64,000 nucleotides of DNA from Tricharina praecox (taxonomy: Eukaryota). Position numbers and translations under genes: made by a program. Every line of letters begins with the position of its first letter. The first letter of the stretch is position 1. The stretch is from assembly GCF_024521635.1 (NCBI RefSeq), contig NW_026250431.1, positions 186,001 to 250,000 on the forward strand. Reading direction: 5' to 3'. The notes under the pieces were generated by a model, which did not search any database, was not told where the DNA came from, and saw nothing but the letters and a program-made list of their open reading frames with translations. Shown here piece after piece: positions 38,436-50,475 of the stretch.

Positions 38436-39025
38436 TCACACAACCGGCAAATTACTATCCCTCTCAGCCTCGATCACATTCTCGACCTGTGCATCATCGA
38501 CCCTGACGCCCTTCTCGCCGTCCCTATTGCTCCTCCACACGCCGCCGCCCTCCTGAAAGACCTCAAGCTTCCAGATCTCCGCCTTCTTCTTAATCTCCTC
38601 CAATGCCTCGCGGCCCGCATCAAACGCCGCCTGTCTATGCGGACTAGCTACGGCAATGTGCACGCTATCCTCGCCGACCCCCACCTCGCCCAGCCTGTGC
38701 GTAATCGCGATCCCCGTGAGTCCGAACCGCGCCTTAATGCCGTGCGCGATCAACGCCATCGTCCGCTGCGCTTTGGCGTAGTACGTGCTGTAGGATAGCG
38801 TCTTGACGGGCTGCCCGTCGAAGGTGTCGCGTGTCGTGCCTGTGAGGTGTCAGCTAGTTACGGTTGGCACGGGGGGAGGACAATGCCGTAGTTACCAACG
38901 AATAGCACGATCGCACCGGCTTTGGGCGACCGCACGAGCGCTGCCGTCGCCGTCAGGTCCAGCACATCTTCGGTCAGAGTGATGTGGATGTCCGGGTCGG
39001 AGTCGGATGGGGTAGGCGTGGTCAT
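38436..39025 (-). CDS. cnxH: Molybdopterin synthase catalytic (large) subunit, MoaE/MOCS2B (2 exons)
   Basis: VRSPKAGAIVLFVG|TTRDTF..LSYSTY, ITHRLGEVGVGEDSVHIAVASPHRQAAF, KKKAEIWKLE. Confidence 0.9.
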
Positions 39026-39483
39026 TGTTCTCGCTGTCACTGTACGGGCGAAGGTGGGGTTGGAACTTGGAGGGGCAGGTGGGGTTGAAATGTGGAAAGT
39101 GGGTGTAACCACAGCTGTACATACGAGTGGAGGCTTCAACGTGCGAGATCGAAAGCTAATGGAACGAAATATACACCTATATACATGTGCATTTCCTTTC
39201 GTGTGTACATAATTCATCGGATTAAACTGTACAGTCGCGACTATTCACACCGCGATACTCTGGTGAATCATTAAAAACGGTAAACCGTCAAGGCTCCGTC
39301 GCATAAAAATGAAGGAAAAGGAAAGAAAGAAAGCTATTTTCCCCACCCGAACTGTATTATGGGTAGAGTGTACCTCCCTCGGTGAGCATCTCGTGCTCCC
39401 ATCATAAACAACGTATGTAAGTAACTCCTCAGTTCCTCCAGCATATCATTGCCCAGCAATAATGCCCCCCTCCAGGTACTCTG

Positions 39484-40993
39484 TCAACTCCCCGCACCAC
39501 CCGCCCCCGAATCGGGACACAGCTCAGGCCGCTCCCACAGCTGCCTTCTCTCCCACTGTCGCCTGCGGTCCTTCCGCTCCCTCCACTCCCTCAGCTGCCC
39601 CTCGCTCCACAGATACAGCAGCGCATTAGCACATCCAACATACGCCGTAGTAGTTTGCAGCAACACCAGCGCCCGCGACTCTCTATCCGACGTCTCGTAG
39701 AGCCGGTTCGCCACTCCGGGCAGCCACAGGAAGATGATCACCGTGGGGTACGAGCGCAGACACAGCGACTAGCCGATGGACCTGTACGCCTTCCCGGAGG
39801 CGGAAGTCGCGGAGGTGGTCTGCGCCGGCAGCGTGCGGCACGTGTGGCACGTATCGACACTCTTTACGCGCTCTAGGCGGGTGTGGGCGTGCGCGGTCTC
39901 CTCGTCGGTGGTGGTGCGGAACGTGCGGAGCGTGCGGACGCGGGCGAGCAGCTGCGAGAGCGCGCTCGGACTGACGGCGGCGTGGTAGAGCAGGTGCCTC
40001 CGAACGTGCAGGAGGAGCGCCAGGTGAAGCACGGGGGACGGCGACCATGATGGCCATGCGCGCTGCGAGGATGATCGCCTGCTCCGTATCAATTCCCCAA
40101 TAACGATTATGCTTGAAACCAGCCAGCCGGGGGGGGCGTGCGGCGGAGGTTGGTGAAGAACGAAACGAGAACGGGAACCAGAACAGACCACAGGTGCCGA
40201 CGCCGGCGACGATAAAGAGGTTGCTCACAAATCTGAGGTACTCCGGATCGCGCTCGATGCCGCAGTAGCCTCCGCTGACGGGCGTCATGGCCTTTACCTG
40301 GAGGGCGGCCAGCGCGGTGGCTACCGGCACCCCCGTGGCAAGGAGCAGCACGACCGCCGTCATCCACGGCCGCTAGTAGTCGAGCCAGATCGGCCGCATC
40401 ACGCCGACGATCGTTACGACGGTGACATCGAGCGTCAGGAACTCCACGAGCATCCCCCGTCACTATTATCGCCGTCCCAATGGCATTGCACACCGTCGTG
40501 TGCGGATCGAAGTGGTCCTTCGCAATGCTGATGCTCTGCGCGATAATGCCCACGCTTAACGCCGGAGTCAGCTACACTGTCGGGACGGAAGGATAGGTAC
40601 GGACTGTCCTAGGGGAAGGCTACAGAACACTCACGATCCCGAAGGGCTCCGAGTGACGTTATCCGTAGATACGGCGGTAGCCCCGACGGACCGTGCACGC
40701 CTTGAGAACTGAAGGGTCTGGGCATCTCCTGCGTAAGAGCACCATGCCTTAAATCAAACAAACATATATATAGATGGCCACCCAGCCTAACGAGAAGGCA
40801 ACGAGCGTGGAGGGGGGGATTCACCATCCAGTTATGACATCCGCGAACTGCAGCGCAAAAATCAGCAAAAGCCGAGTGCTAAGAGTCTTCAGGAGGCGGC
40901 CAGCCAAGTGGTATATCGCCGTTATCGATGCAAGGATCGATAGCACGTGCCCAATCATTTCGAGAATCGATACTGCGAGGCCAGCCTTGGTCG
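39484..40993 (-). pseudogene. Disrupted 7-TM GPCR-like gene (cAMP-receptor-like/Git3-like); 5' end uncertain
   Basis: Reconstructed TMs: ILEMIGHVLSILAS..RLLLIFALQFADVITG|CVG..VCNAIG..GYCGI..YLRF|AII..YPTVIIFLWLPGVANRLYE..GCANALLY. Two +1 frameshifts (40454-58, 40033-37) and two in-frame TAGs (40373-75, 39769-71). Confidence 0.7.
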
Positions 40994-41760
40994 CTATTGG
41001 AGGGAGGGGGGGTATTGGTATATATCAGAGACTATGGCGATTTAACAGGGAGTGAATCAATCGTGGACGTGCTCGATTTGTGATGTGAGATGAGCGGGCA
41101 ACAGATCTTGGAGCCTAGAGGGCGGGGGATTATATGCCCGGAGATGAGGCGCCCATCGCGACGTTAACTCGTCCATGGGCGTCACTCCCTTGTGGCAACA
41201 TACATAAATATTTAGGTTACCGGAGGAGGGTGTAAAAACTCAGGGAAGGGGGGAAGAGGGAGAGGCATGGGCGTAGTGTCGACCTTTGTGGATCCTTGGC
41301 GGCGGACAGAGGGAGAGCCATGTACTCGGGTAGAGAGGAATCGGTCCATACGAGTTGGCCCGTCCCGGTGGCCATATTGCACCAAGGTCAAAGGTGCCTG
41401 GTGGGATGTGGGACGGAAAAGTCCGTGGGAATGGGTTGATAGAAGCTCATGGGCCACTTGTGGGACAGAAAATAAACCACGCATACCGAGAATTGGGTCG
41501 CTAAATATGCACAGCCCAGTGTGTGGGTACTCATGGGGCAGAGGGTATCGACGGGATATCGACGAGCTTTGATACCCGATACCAACGAAAGCCCTTGGGC
41601 ATACGTTGACCCACCACCAATCCTGGAGACCGAACAAGGAGAGAGACATGGGGTATTATATCGCTCTTCATCGCCCAATTACTTTGTCGCCTGTAAGTAA
41701 GTGGCGGCTACATATTATGATAACTATGATCTATATCCTCCTCTGCTGGCAGGCCGTATA

Positions 41761-42908
41761 CTATGCGGCCGAATCCCTCAACCAGCAAACGGCGACCACC
41801 AGACCGAGCACTCCCAGAAGCCTCGAGACACCCAGGAGGTGCATCATGCCCCACGCAAACCTAACCCAGCTCTTCACCTTGTCCTCGACCTCGAGGGCAC
41901 TGATGACGCGCCTCGAGAACTGCTCCACGAGCTTCATCTCGGCGACATCCATCTCCATGATGCCGCCAGCGCTGTGCGGCATCACCGCGAGCACCCGCCC
42001 GCGCACACCCGGGTCCGATACGAGGCGGCCAGTCGCCTCCACCACGTCCTCCTCCGTGGCCAGATCCATCCCGGCCAGCATTACCCGTCCCATGATCGGG
42101 ATGATGGGCGTCGCGACAAAATACGGACACACCAGGTTGATGCGGACACCTTTGTTGTGCACGCCGGGGAACAGCCTCAAAGACCTGAACCAGCCGAGGA
42201 CCGCGTGCTTGCTCGCCGCATACATGGCGACGACGCCGCACGTGTCCACGAACGACGCCATGGATCCCACCAGGAGGAGGTGGCGATCGGACCCGGTGGG
42301 GCTCCGCTGAAGATGGTGCAGCGCTAGTCGGCTGGTGAAGATTACGCCCTTGAGGTTGACGTCGATCGTGGTGAGGTCCGGCTCCGGAGGGTCGTCGTCG
42401 ACGGGAGTGTGTGGCTTCGTCACGTCGAAGGTCTCGCTGACGCCGGCGTTGGCGACAACGGTGTTGAGGATGCCGCCGGGGAGGAGCTCGATAGCACTGC
42501 GGAAGAGTTGCCGCTGGGCTTCATACGAGGTCACGTCGCAAAGGACAAAGTAGTGACTGAATAGGTGTTCCGGTCAGTGCTCGCCCATACCGCGCTAGGG
42601 GTGGGGGATGTCAGTTACTGCAAATTATTGCTGTCTTTCCGCACCCCCTCGACAAGTTTATTCCCCTTCTCAGCATTCAAATCCGCAATCACGACGTTGG
42701 CGCTGTCACGACGCGTAAACAAATTTAGCCGGGACACCGCGTGGGAACGGGGGACGGAGAAGAGATACCCATGTCTGGCGAACTCGCGGAACATCGCTAA
42801 TCCTAGGCCGCTCGCGCCGCCGGTGATGAGGATGTTTTTGCCCTTCAAGCGGGACATGTCCGCGGGGAGGGAAATATCGCCCGTAGGCGTAGTGGAGGAA
42901 GCCGTCAT
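41761..42908 (-). CDS. Short-chain dehydrogenase/reductase (3 exons)
   Basis: ILITGGASGLG, VVANAGV, VNLKG, GSMAS, YAASKH, RINLVCPYFV. Confidence 0.92.
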
Positions 42909-45900
42909 ACTGAGGGCCGTGGAACTGTGGATCTGGTGATCTGTGGGAGGCGCACAGGTTTACGGGGAAAGGGGAAGGAACGGTCAAGAGATGGCTGCAA
43001 AAGTGAGAGCCGCTCGGGAATGGTGGGATCGACCCACGTGAAGGATCGGATCCTTAGCTGAGAACACATGCCCCCGGAGTGGTGTGAAGTGGACAGCGGA
43101 GTAGCACCGGAGTCCAGTGTAACTGATTAGTTACTGGTGGTTGCCAGCAGGACGGGAGACTGAAAGTCTCAGAGTCAAGCTTTGTCCTCTCCACCCGTCG
43201 CTGGAGTCGCCATCCGTTATCCGAAGAGTGCAGCGCGGTATCCCCTGGGTTGAACTGTGAAGCCAGATCAAAGATGTTGACTTGACTCTGCGACTTTGAG
43301 GCGCATCACCAAAACCATCATCATCGGCCCGACGGGTACGTTAGGCGAGTGGTGTCAAGAGCGAGCCTAAGCATAATTAGAGTAACTTAGCAGGCCGGCG
43401 CGGCGCGGATCGCTTCGCGGTTAAGTGAAATACTCACTTCCTTTGTCCGCAGCGCGGTTGCGTACGGCGGCGCTCTATCCTCTTCGTTCATCCATCGTTT
43501 CCATCCGACCAAGACGTTGTACGGGCAAAATCGGCCGTGAAACACTGCGGAATGCCGGCCTTTAGACTTTGCCTCGTGTCGTTCTTCCATCCCGGTGTGT
43601 CAACAGTATGCGGAATCCCCACACCCCAGTGACCCCACCCTCCCAGCTCCGCGCTCCTGGGTCCGTAAGGCGAGTGCCTTAAATTATCGGCAGGATCTCC
43701 ACCAGTGAAACACTACCATTTGCACCACAACTACCATTACCATCATCAACAACCCAACAACCCATCAAAAGAAGAGAAAAGAAGCTCCATCCAGCTTGTT
43801 TTGGATGTACACTCAGGCCGGTTCCGAATGGCATCTCTAGCTTTAACACCAGATTGCGTCCCCTCAGTCGTTCAGTGTCCTGGAATAGTAGGTCCACACA
43901 GTGCGTCTTGTATCGCGCATGTGCAGTTATCGCCGTGAATCACTGCGGCATGCGTATGATACCTATGCCTTCACACACCGTGTGCAACTCCATGTCGCTC
44001 CCTTTGGCCTCCATCACACGGGCCACCATGCCACGGGCAAACTGCCTAGACACCGGTATGTACTGTATTCCACCCATCTGATACTCGACACCACACGTTA
44101 TCCCCCACGCACACCCACACGAGTCTGCTGCGCTTCGGAACCGTAGCGTTAGCGCGAGTGCCTAAGACCATCAGTGCGAATCTCGATGTTTAGCCCAACC
44201 ACCATACCGATTTCCCCCGCACGTCGGCCTGGATGCGTGTCCAACCGATGGTGGAGTCTCCGCGGCTTTTAGAACCGGCCCTTCCGTTCCGATGTGACAG
44301 GTATTATCGCGCATATGTAACCCTTTGTCGTGGATTATTTCCCTCCCGGAATGTACCGTATGTGCTGCATCTCAATTCTCCGAATCATCCTAGAATCTCT
44401 ATTCGACTTCCATCCCATATTTAGACCAGAAGGTTACCAAACCCAGAATTCACTCTCTCCGAGCGACCAGTCTAGAAACCTGATGTCTCTTGGTGTTTGG
44501 AGAAAAGACACCACGGATCTTGCCAGGAATGTCAATTGGGGTTGTCGAAATCGGAATCGTCATGCACAATCACTCGTGTATCAAGTTTGCAGCCAGGATT
44601 CCAGTCTGTGCCGCGAATCGAGATCTTCGCACCACTTTATCCTCAATCTCAGCTTCCATCCGGCAGGCTACTCCTTGATGCCTATGCCACCAGCTCGCCG
44701 ACCTCGCTCGACTCTCCGAGCATACCCTCCACAAGCCCCCTTCCCGAGTGGTGTTAGGTTACTGTACGAAGAGTCAGTATGATTGGAACAAACGGTTACC
44801 CCGTTGCAGCGGGGACGTCGAGAACACGAAACCAAGCATGAACCCGAAAGCAAAGCACAAAGTGCTCGACTCCTTGACCGTCCAGGCTCCGTACAGCTTG
44901 CATGTGCAAAACTGCACCTTCGTGTTGGTCTTTGACATCTCCGATTCTCCGAACGGTGAGTGAGTCAAGCAGCTGCTGTGAGGTGAGTGAGTCAAGCAGC
45001 TGCTGTGAGGTGATTGCCGGTCGTGAAGTGGTTGCCGATGTGATTCTCACTCACGGAGTCACCGCAGGCCTAGCGCGCCGGCCTAAAAACGATCGGGGCC
45101 ATCCTCGGTCCCGACGTCACCCTCGACAGCGATGCTGTTGGTAGCGGCTCGCTCACCGCTCGGCGCTCGCCACCCGCCACCCGGCACCTGCCACCGGTGC
45201 AGTTGGTACCGACGCCCATTTGATGGCTACATACCAGCAAACGTCCCGACATCTGCGCAGACGCGAGCACTATTGGGGCCGCTCGCTCGCTGGCCTCCCG
45301 TCCGTCCGCTCCAGTCCGCGGAGATGGATCGTAGAGGATCGTATACCTGGTCGATTCGGGATCGAGATTTGGAGAGCTAGGGGTGTGGCGATGGCTCGCC
45401 GGTGCCGACGGATCATGGCCTGCGGGGAAAGGGCGGTGCTATCGCACGCTTATAGTCGCTTTGAGGTCGGAGGATTCGGCATGCGGCGGAATGTGGTGGA
45501 TTGGATACCCGTTGCGTGGACACTGGAGAGCGGTGGAGAGGATGTGGGTGGTGGTGGTGGTGATAGTGGTCGCTCGCCGTGCAACAGCCCATATACTCTA
45601 CTCAGGTGGAGCCTGGCAGTGTGCCTCCCCATCCTCGCCGATGTCCCCTTTCGGACCTTTGCGCGCCGGACGAACGAGTGACCGGGCCGAGTATCGAATT
45701 CCTGGATTTCCTCGTGTTCAATAATGAGGTAGATAGAAGAAGGTAATCAATTCGATATAGCAACAATATGGTGAGCAGCAAGCTCTCTCTATATACAAGC
45801 TTCATGAACCAGAGTATCCGAATATTGATCGTCTCAGAAGGTATGTAGGTCTCCCGCGCTCGGATATATACCCCGCGCGAACCTCGTCATCTCCGGAAAT

Positions 45901-46610
45901 TCGATATTCTGACACCTCGATAGACGTCTCGTGTGCCTGTTCAATCTCTTCCGTGATGCAGTTATGAAAGGATTATTGAGTGGCGGCCCCACACGAAGGA
46001 CCGAATCCCTTTCAAGCGCCAGCAAATCCGCTGAAATCTACCGCTCGTGGAAGCAGTCATGCCGAGTCTCGGCAGCCTAAAGCCGTCAGCAAGAGTGAAG
46101 ATGAAGGCCACGGGGGCAGCCAAGCGGAATGGATGTGTTCAAGTTATGTTCCTTCACTACGAAATACGCAGGTGTGTAGCTTTGTGCGTTTGTTGTTTGT
46201 TTCTCCAGCCTTGTCAGACTGACATTGAACCAGTGGAGATTATGGGGATGTACGTATTGTCCCGCGCTTCAGATAGCTTTTTTGTATCTTCCGCTGGCAG
46301 AACCAGTCTGTCCGTACACTTCGATGTTGCGGAGGATTTTTGGGCTGCACCGCGGGCCCGCGAATAATGGTAAAAGACGTCGATCATGTAAACAGCGAGT
46401 GAGATGGGGTGAAGAAGTCTGCAAAGTTCTTCCACGAGCAAATTGGACATTCTCGCTCCTCTAAAAACCCCGCAATTGTTTCTACCATGAGGTATTGGTA
46501 AGTTTTATCATGACATACGTGTCGGCCAGTTCCTCTGGTGTCCCATATTTCCCGTGTTTGAGATTTCGTGGTTTGAGATTTCGTGGTTTGACTCACGTGC
46601 GATCATGTAG

Positions 46611-46932
46611 CCATCACTCTGCCCCCCAACCACCAACGCCTGCCCCCCAACCACCAACGCGCGACGAGCAAAAAGAAAACGTCAAAAGCTGGGTTTGAAC
46701 CGCAGCAAAAGAGCGTCCTCCCCAAGGTTGCTACCCTTGTAACGGTGCGGACCTTGAGTACCGGGCGCCGGTACCCTCACCACTTGGGAAATTCACTCCA
46801 ATTGAGCCATGATCACCGCTTGTGTTTTCCCTTGATATCTAAATCATGAACCCAACTCTGAAGCAAGCGAAAAATACAGCTATCAACCCCAACCCCAACA
46901 GCCAACCATCTTATTTCGGATACCCTCCCATC
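46611..46932 (-). repeat. Dispersed structured repeat, copy 1 (uninterrupted); Pol III/SINE-like
   Basis: Aligns by eye with 54192-54343 plus 55969-56124. A-box-like, B-box-like and T-rich end on the minus strand. Confidence 0.8.
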
Positions 46933-47104
46933 ACTGGCTTTGCAACATACAGTAGGTCGCCCCTGACCAGAACACAGCGCCCACCAAGAGAAAACGGGAG
47001 AAAACGGGAGAGAAAGAGTGAGATTAATACAGTAACATTCTTCAAGTACATAACCACTTATAAATAACCAATCTTCCAGCATAGGTACATGATCCATCCG
47101 TTCT

Positions 47105-47706
47105 CTACTCCACCGCCTCGTAACTCACTCCGTCATCCGTGAACCGCGTCACAGAACCGTGCTTCTTTATCCTGTCTTCGAACAAGCTCAAGACCACTGG
47201 ATAGTAGTCAGCACTGGAGAAACATGAAGACCACAAGCGTTAGACAGAGGTTGCACATACGGTTCGTAAAATGCACAATCAAGAGGTAATGGATGAAGAC
47301 GTCCAACAAATTCTCGCCGGTTTCTGTCGACCTCGGGAACGTGATTAGCAGCATCTCTGGAGGGAAGCCGGGGCTAGTAGGTGGGTTATGCCACATACCG
47401 CGGGCCTTGGGAATGTCGGTGATCGCCTGCTTCAGTTACCGTAGACGTAGTCGATGAACTCCCGTTCGCTTTCGTTCCTCGCATTGACTAGTATCCTGCT
47501 GTCAGCGAAGGGCTCGACGTAATAGAACCACTGGGAAGGCTACAACACGTACCTCGCTTCTCCAACACAAGAATATAGCGAAATACAAGCCTAGGAAGGC
47601 GTTCGATACTGTTAAGCAGCATGGCCGGGTCGTTAGTCAGCTGTAGGCGGAGCGCCTCGATGTCGGCGAGCGTTCCCTCCGACATATGCAAGTTCTGTGG
47701 GTCCAT
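47105..47706 (-). pseudogene. Orphan 4-exon gene with one apparent frameshift
   Basis: Three GT-AG introns with branch points join MDPQNLHMSEG..EKR|VNAR..YVYG(fs)LKQAITDIPKAR|ETGENLLDVF..|LVLSLFEDRIKK..EAVE*; 1 nt is missing near 47436. Confidence 0.5.
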
Positions 47707-47828
47707 CCTTGTGAGCGTGGGATGTCTGAAGTCAGCAGTTTGGGGAGGAAAAGATGAGTGAGGTGGGTGATAGATGCGGTCGGAATGGGGAACTGAGAAG
47801 AGCGGGGGAAAAGGCCGGGTTTTTATAC

Positions 47829-48720
47829 GATCCATTCGTGCCCCCGTATTACGGTCATAATTATGTTACGGCACAGGTACGAACAAGCTTTTTGACACTG
47901 TTGAGGTCCCAATGGAGTCTACATAGACTCTATTTAAACTCATCATCCGGCAAAAGGTTTTTAAATAATCCATTCGTGCCCCCGGATTACGGTCCTAATC
48001 AAGTTACGGGACAGATACCAACAGGCTGTTTGGCACCGTTGAAGTCTAAATAGATCTTTCTTGACACTGTTGAAGTCTACATAGAGTCTACGAATGATTA
48101 TCGCCGGAAAGTCTAAAAATAAGATACGCCAGGACGTAACTCTATGGAAATTTTAATGGGCAGCAGATGTCACGAATCACGATCCATGAAGCCGCTTTGC
48201 GCCAACTATACTGCGAACCCCAACGGTACTAACTAGAAATGCGAATCATTCTGGCGATGCAAGCAAAGTTCTTTCGCTATTGGAAGAATTATTTGGGAGA
48301 ATTTCAAGACTTGAGCTGCTGGTTAGAAACGCACAGTTGGCTTGGTTCGATCGATGTCTCCTTTTTTCGCCTTACGTCTTCCAAACGATACGCTCAAGCT
48401 ACCTATAGGATCTTCCAGATCCCGCGTAGGATTTAGTGTATTATACCACCGCTCTCCACTGAAACTTACGTTACGACACAGGCACGAACAAGCTTTTTGA
48501 CACTGTTGCAGTCCAAATAGAGTCTACGGATGATCATCCTCGGAAAACCTAAAAATACGATCCGCCCGTACGAGATTCACTGATTACGAGATTCACTGAT
48601 TATAAGCATATGGGAATCTTAATGGGCACTGAGCAGCGGATATCTAGATCCACGAGGCGGTCCTCTGCCATCTATACCGCGAACCCAACGCTACTACGCA
48701 GAAACGCGAATGGTCATCGC
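47829..48720. repeat. Degenerate local direct repeats
   Basis: ATCCATTCGTGCCCCCG at ~47830 and ~47968; CGAACAAGCTTTTTGACACTGTTG at ~47880 and ~48485; 48085-48260 resembles 48520-48725. Confidence 0.6.
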
Positions 48721-49755
48721 GATGCGAAACACGTCCGGACTCCGCAGGCCACTGTACGAATCGTCATAGATCATGGCAAGACGTGAGGTCCTGGCCTCCT
48801 GGTGAAAATACGCCCACTGATTATCCTTCACGACGGTGGCGTTGCATGTGGCCGGTTAAGGTTCGATTCCGCTGCCGTCGCCTTACCTATTGCAATTTGC
48901 AAATGATAAGCTCAAGCTCTAAGTTGTGTCAGATCCTGCAGAACCGTGACTGTATTACGACGTCGAGTCGTCTGCGCCATCGTTCGCCACAGAAAGATTA
49001 AAGTTCGCGATGTAAACGTGCTCGACATCGTAAATGTGCTTGACATCGGAGGGATATTTCTTAAGTTCCCCCAAGGCAATGCCGCTCGACGATGGCTCTC
49101 ACCCTTTGGGTACCACGGAGTACCTGAGCTGTCACTTTGACCGTTGCATCTGCTCTCACTCGCTCGCAGGCACAGCCTGTCGCTCGTGTTGCACACGGAT
49201 AGCTGTATCGCGCTAGCAGAGTATATAGTCTCCGTCAGTAGCTAGCGAATACATCATCTTTCTCATCATTCACATTTCGTTCGTTTGATTGCCTTCGTCA
49301 TTACAACAATGGCTGCCACCGCGCCACACGGCGGTACCGATGAGACCAGTGTGCTGCAAGCTGATAGGGGACATCTGATGTGAAGCTAGGCAGAGAAGAG
49401 AGGCGCAGGAGCACGGCCATAGCATCTGAAGGGGTAGACGTCTACAATCTAGATATTATCAAGGGATAGGCTATACTCTGTGACTATGCGCAGAGCCTAT
49501 AATAGACGACAAGAAGTAAGATGTATGTATATAATCACCAACGCCCCACAAGCAAAAAGTAAACTTCAAAAGCTGGGTTTGAAGTTACAGAGCAGCAAAA
49601 CATCAGCGCAGCCTGAACAAAGCAGAAAACCTCGTCCCCTCGCACAGTGGCCAGGAAGACGATGTTTTTTTAGAGGAAAACCCTTGGGTAAAAAACCTCA
49701 CCACGTAACCTGTGGGCATAGAATATCAGGAGGATCACTCACCTCTGCACCTGAC

Positions 49756-50475
49756 TCAGCCCGAGGCCCGGCCCCATCCCATCACGTGCTGACAGTCCAC
49801 CCCATGCGTCCGCAGATCGCATCTATCGTGGTTCCGCCCTCCGCCAGAATCACCAACCTCTTCGCCGCCGCGTACCGCCGCGTACCGCCTCATATCTACT
49901 GCTTGCTCGAGCGGCAGAGGAAAGGTGCCAGCTTTCCTCTTTCGCCCGGCAAGCAGAGAACGAAGCGGGCACGACTCGTAGACGTCAACCGGCAGGATGA
50001 GGTCTACGGGCTGCTCGGAGAGGCTGGGTGCGGAGGAGCATCGGCCGTCGAGCGGGGACTCGCACGACAGTTGGGCCCACGATGCTCGGGGCGCGACGGC
50101 GGGAGGCCCGAGGTACTTCCTGATCTCCGAATCGGTAGGCTCATATCCGCACAGTGTGCCTGTCGCCACAGTGAGCGAGGAATGTATGAACCGAGCAGGG
50201 GAAAGAAACTTACATCCGTGAGCGTGCCGTTCGTCGTGGGCATCCCGACGCCGCTCGTCCGTCAACACGTGCAAGGCCCTGCGGAGCTATTTATACCTGT
50301 CAGTCTCGGTGTTCGTCGTGATGGATATCATCAATGAATTGCGGGAACTTACATCCTTGAATCTCATCGCACCGTTCCTTACCTCGTCCATGGCCAGCTC
50401 GATGGCTGCCAGGATATTCTCGTCTGTTGCCAAGTGCGCAACTCCGATCAGTGCGTAATAGCAACTGATTCTCAT
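49756..50475 (-). CDS. Orphan protein with degenerate J-domain-like N-terminus (3 exons)
   Basis: Two GTAAGT..AG introns give CYYALIGVAHLATDENILAA..RFKD|LRRALHVLTDERRRDAHD, matching the DnaJ helix I/III/IV pattern without HPD. Confidence 0.5.

Noticed and set aside
38197..38439. N-terminal extension of the 932-aa ORF overlapping the cnxH stop, suggesting a coupled operon-like pair
   Set aside because: It relies on a GTG start. The ATG at 38196 begins a typical mitochondrial presequence, so the extension is most likely promoter/UTR.
39026..39480. Bicistronic MOCS2A/MOCS2B arrangement as in animals
   Set aside because: No ubiquitin-like small-subunit ORF ending in GG is visible upstream.
46660..46820. 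Functional tRNA gene (Leu-CAA or Sec)
   Set aside because: The A/B-box-like motifs are present, but the acceptor stem does not pair and the anticodon arm cannot be built.
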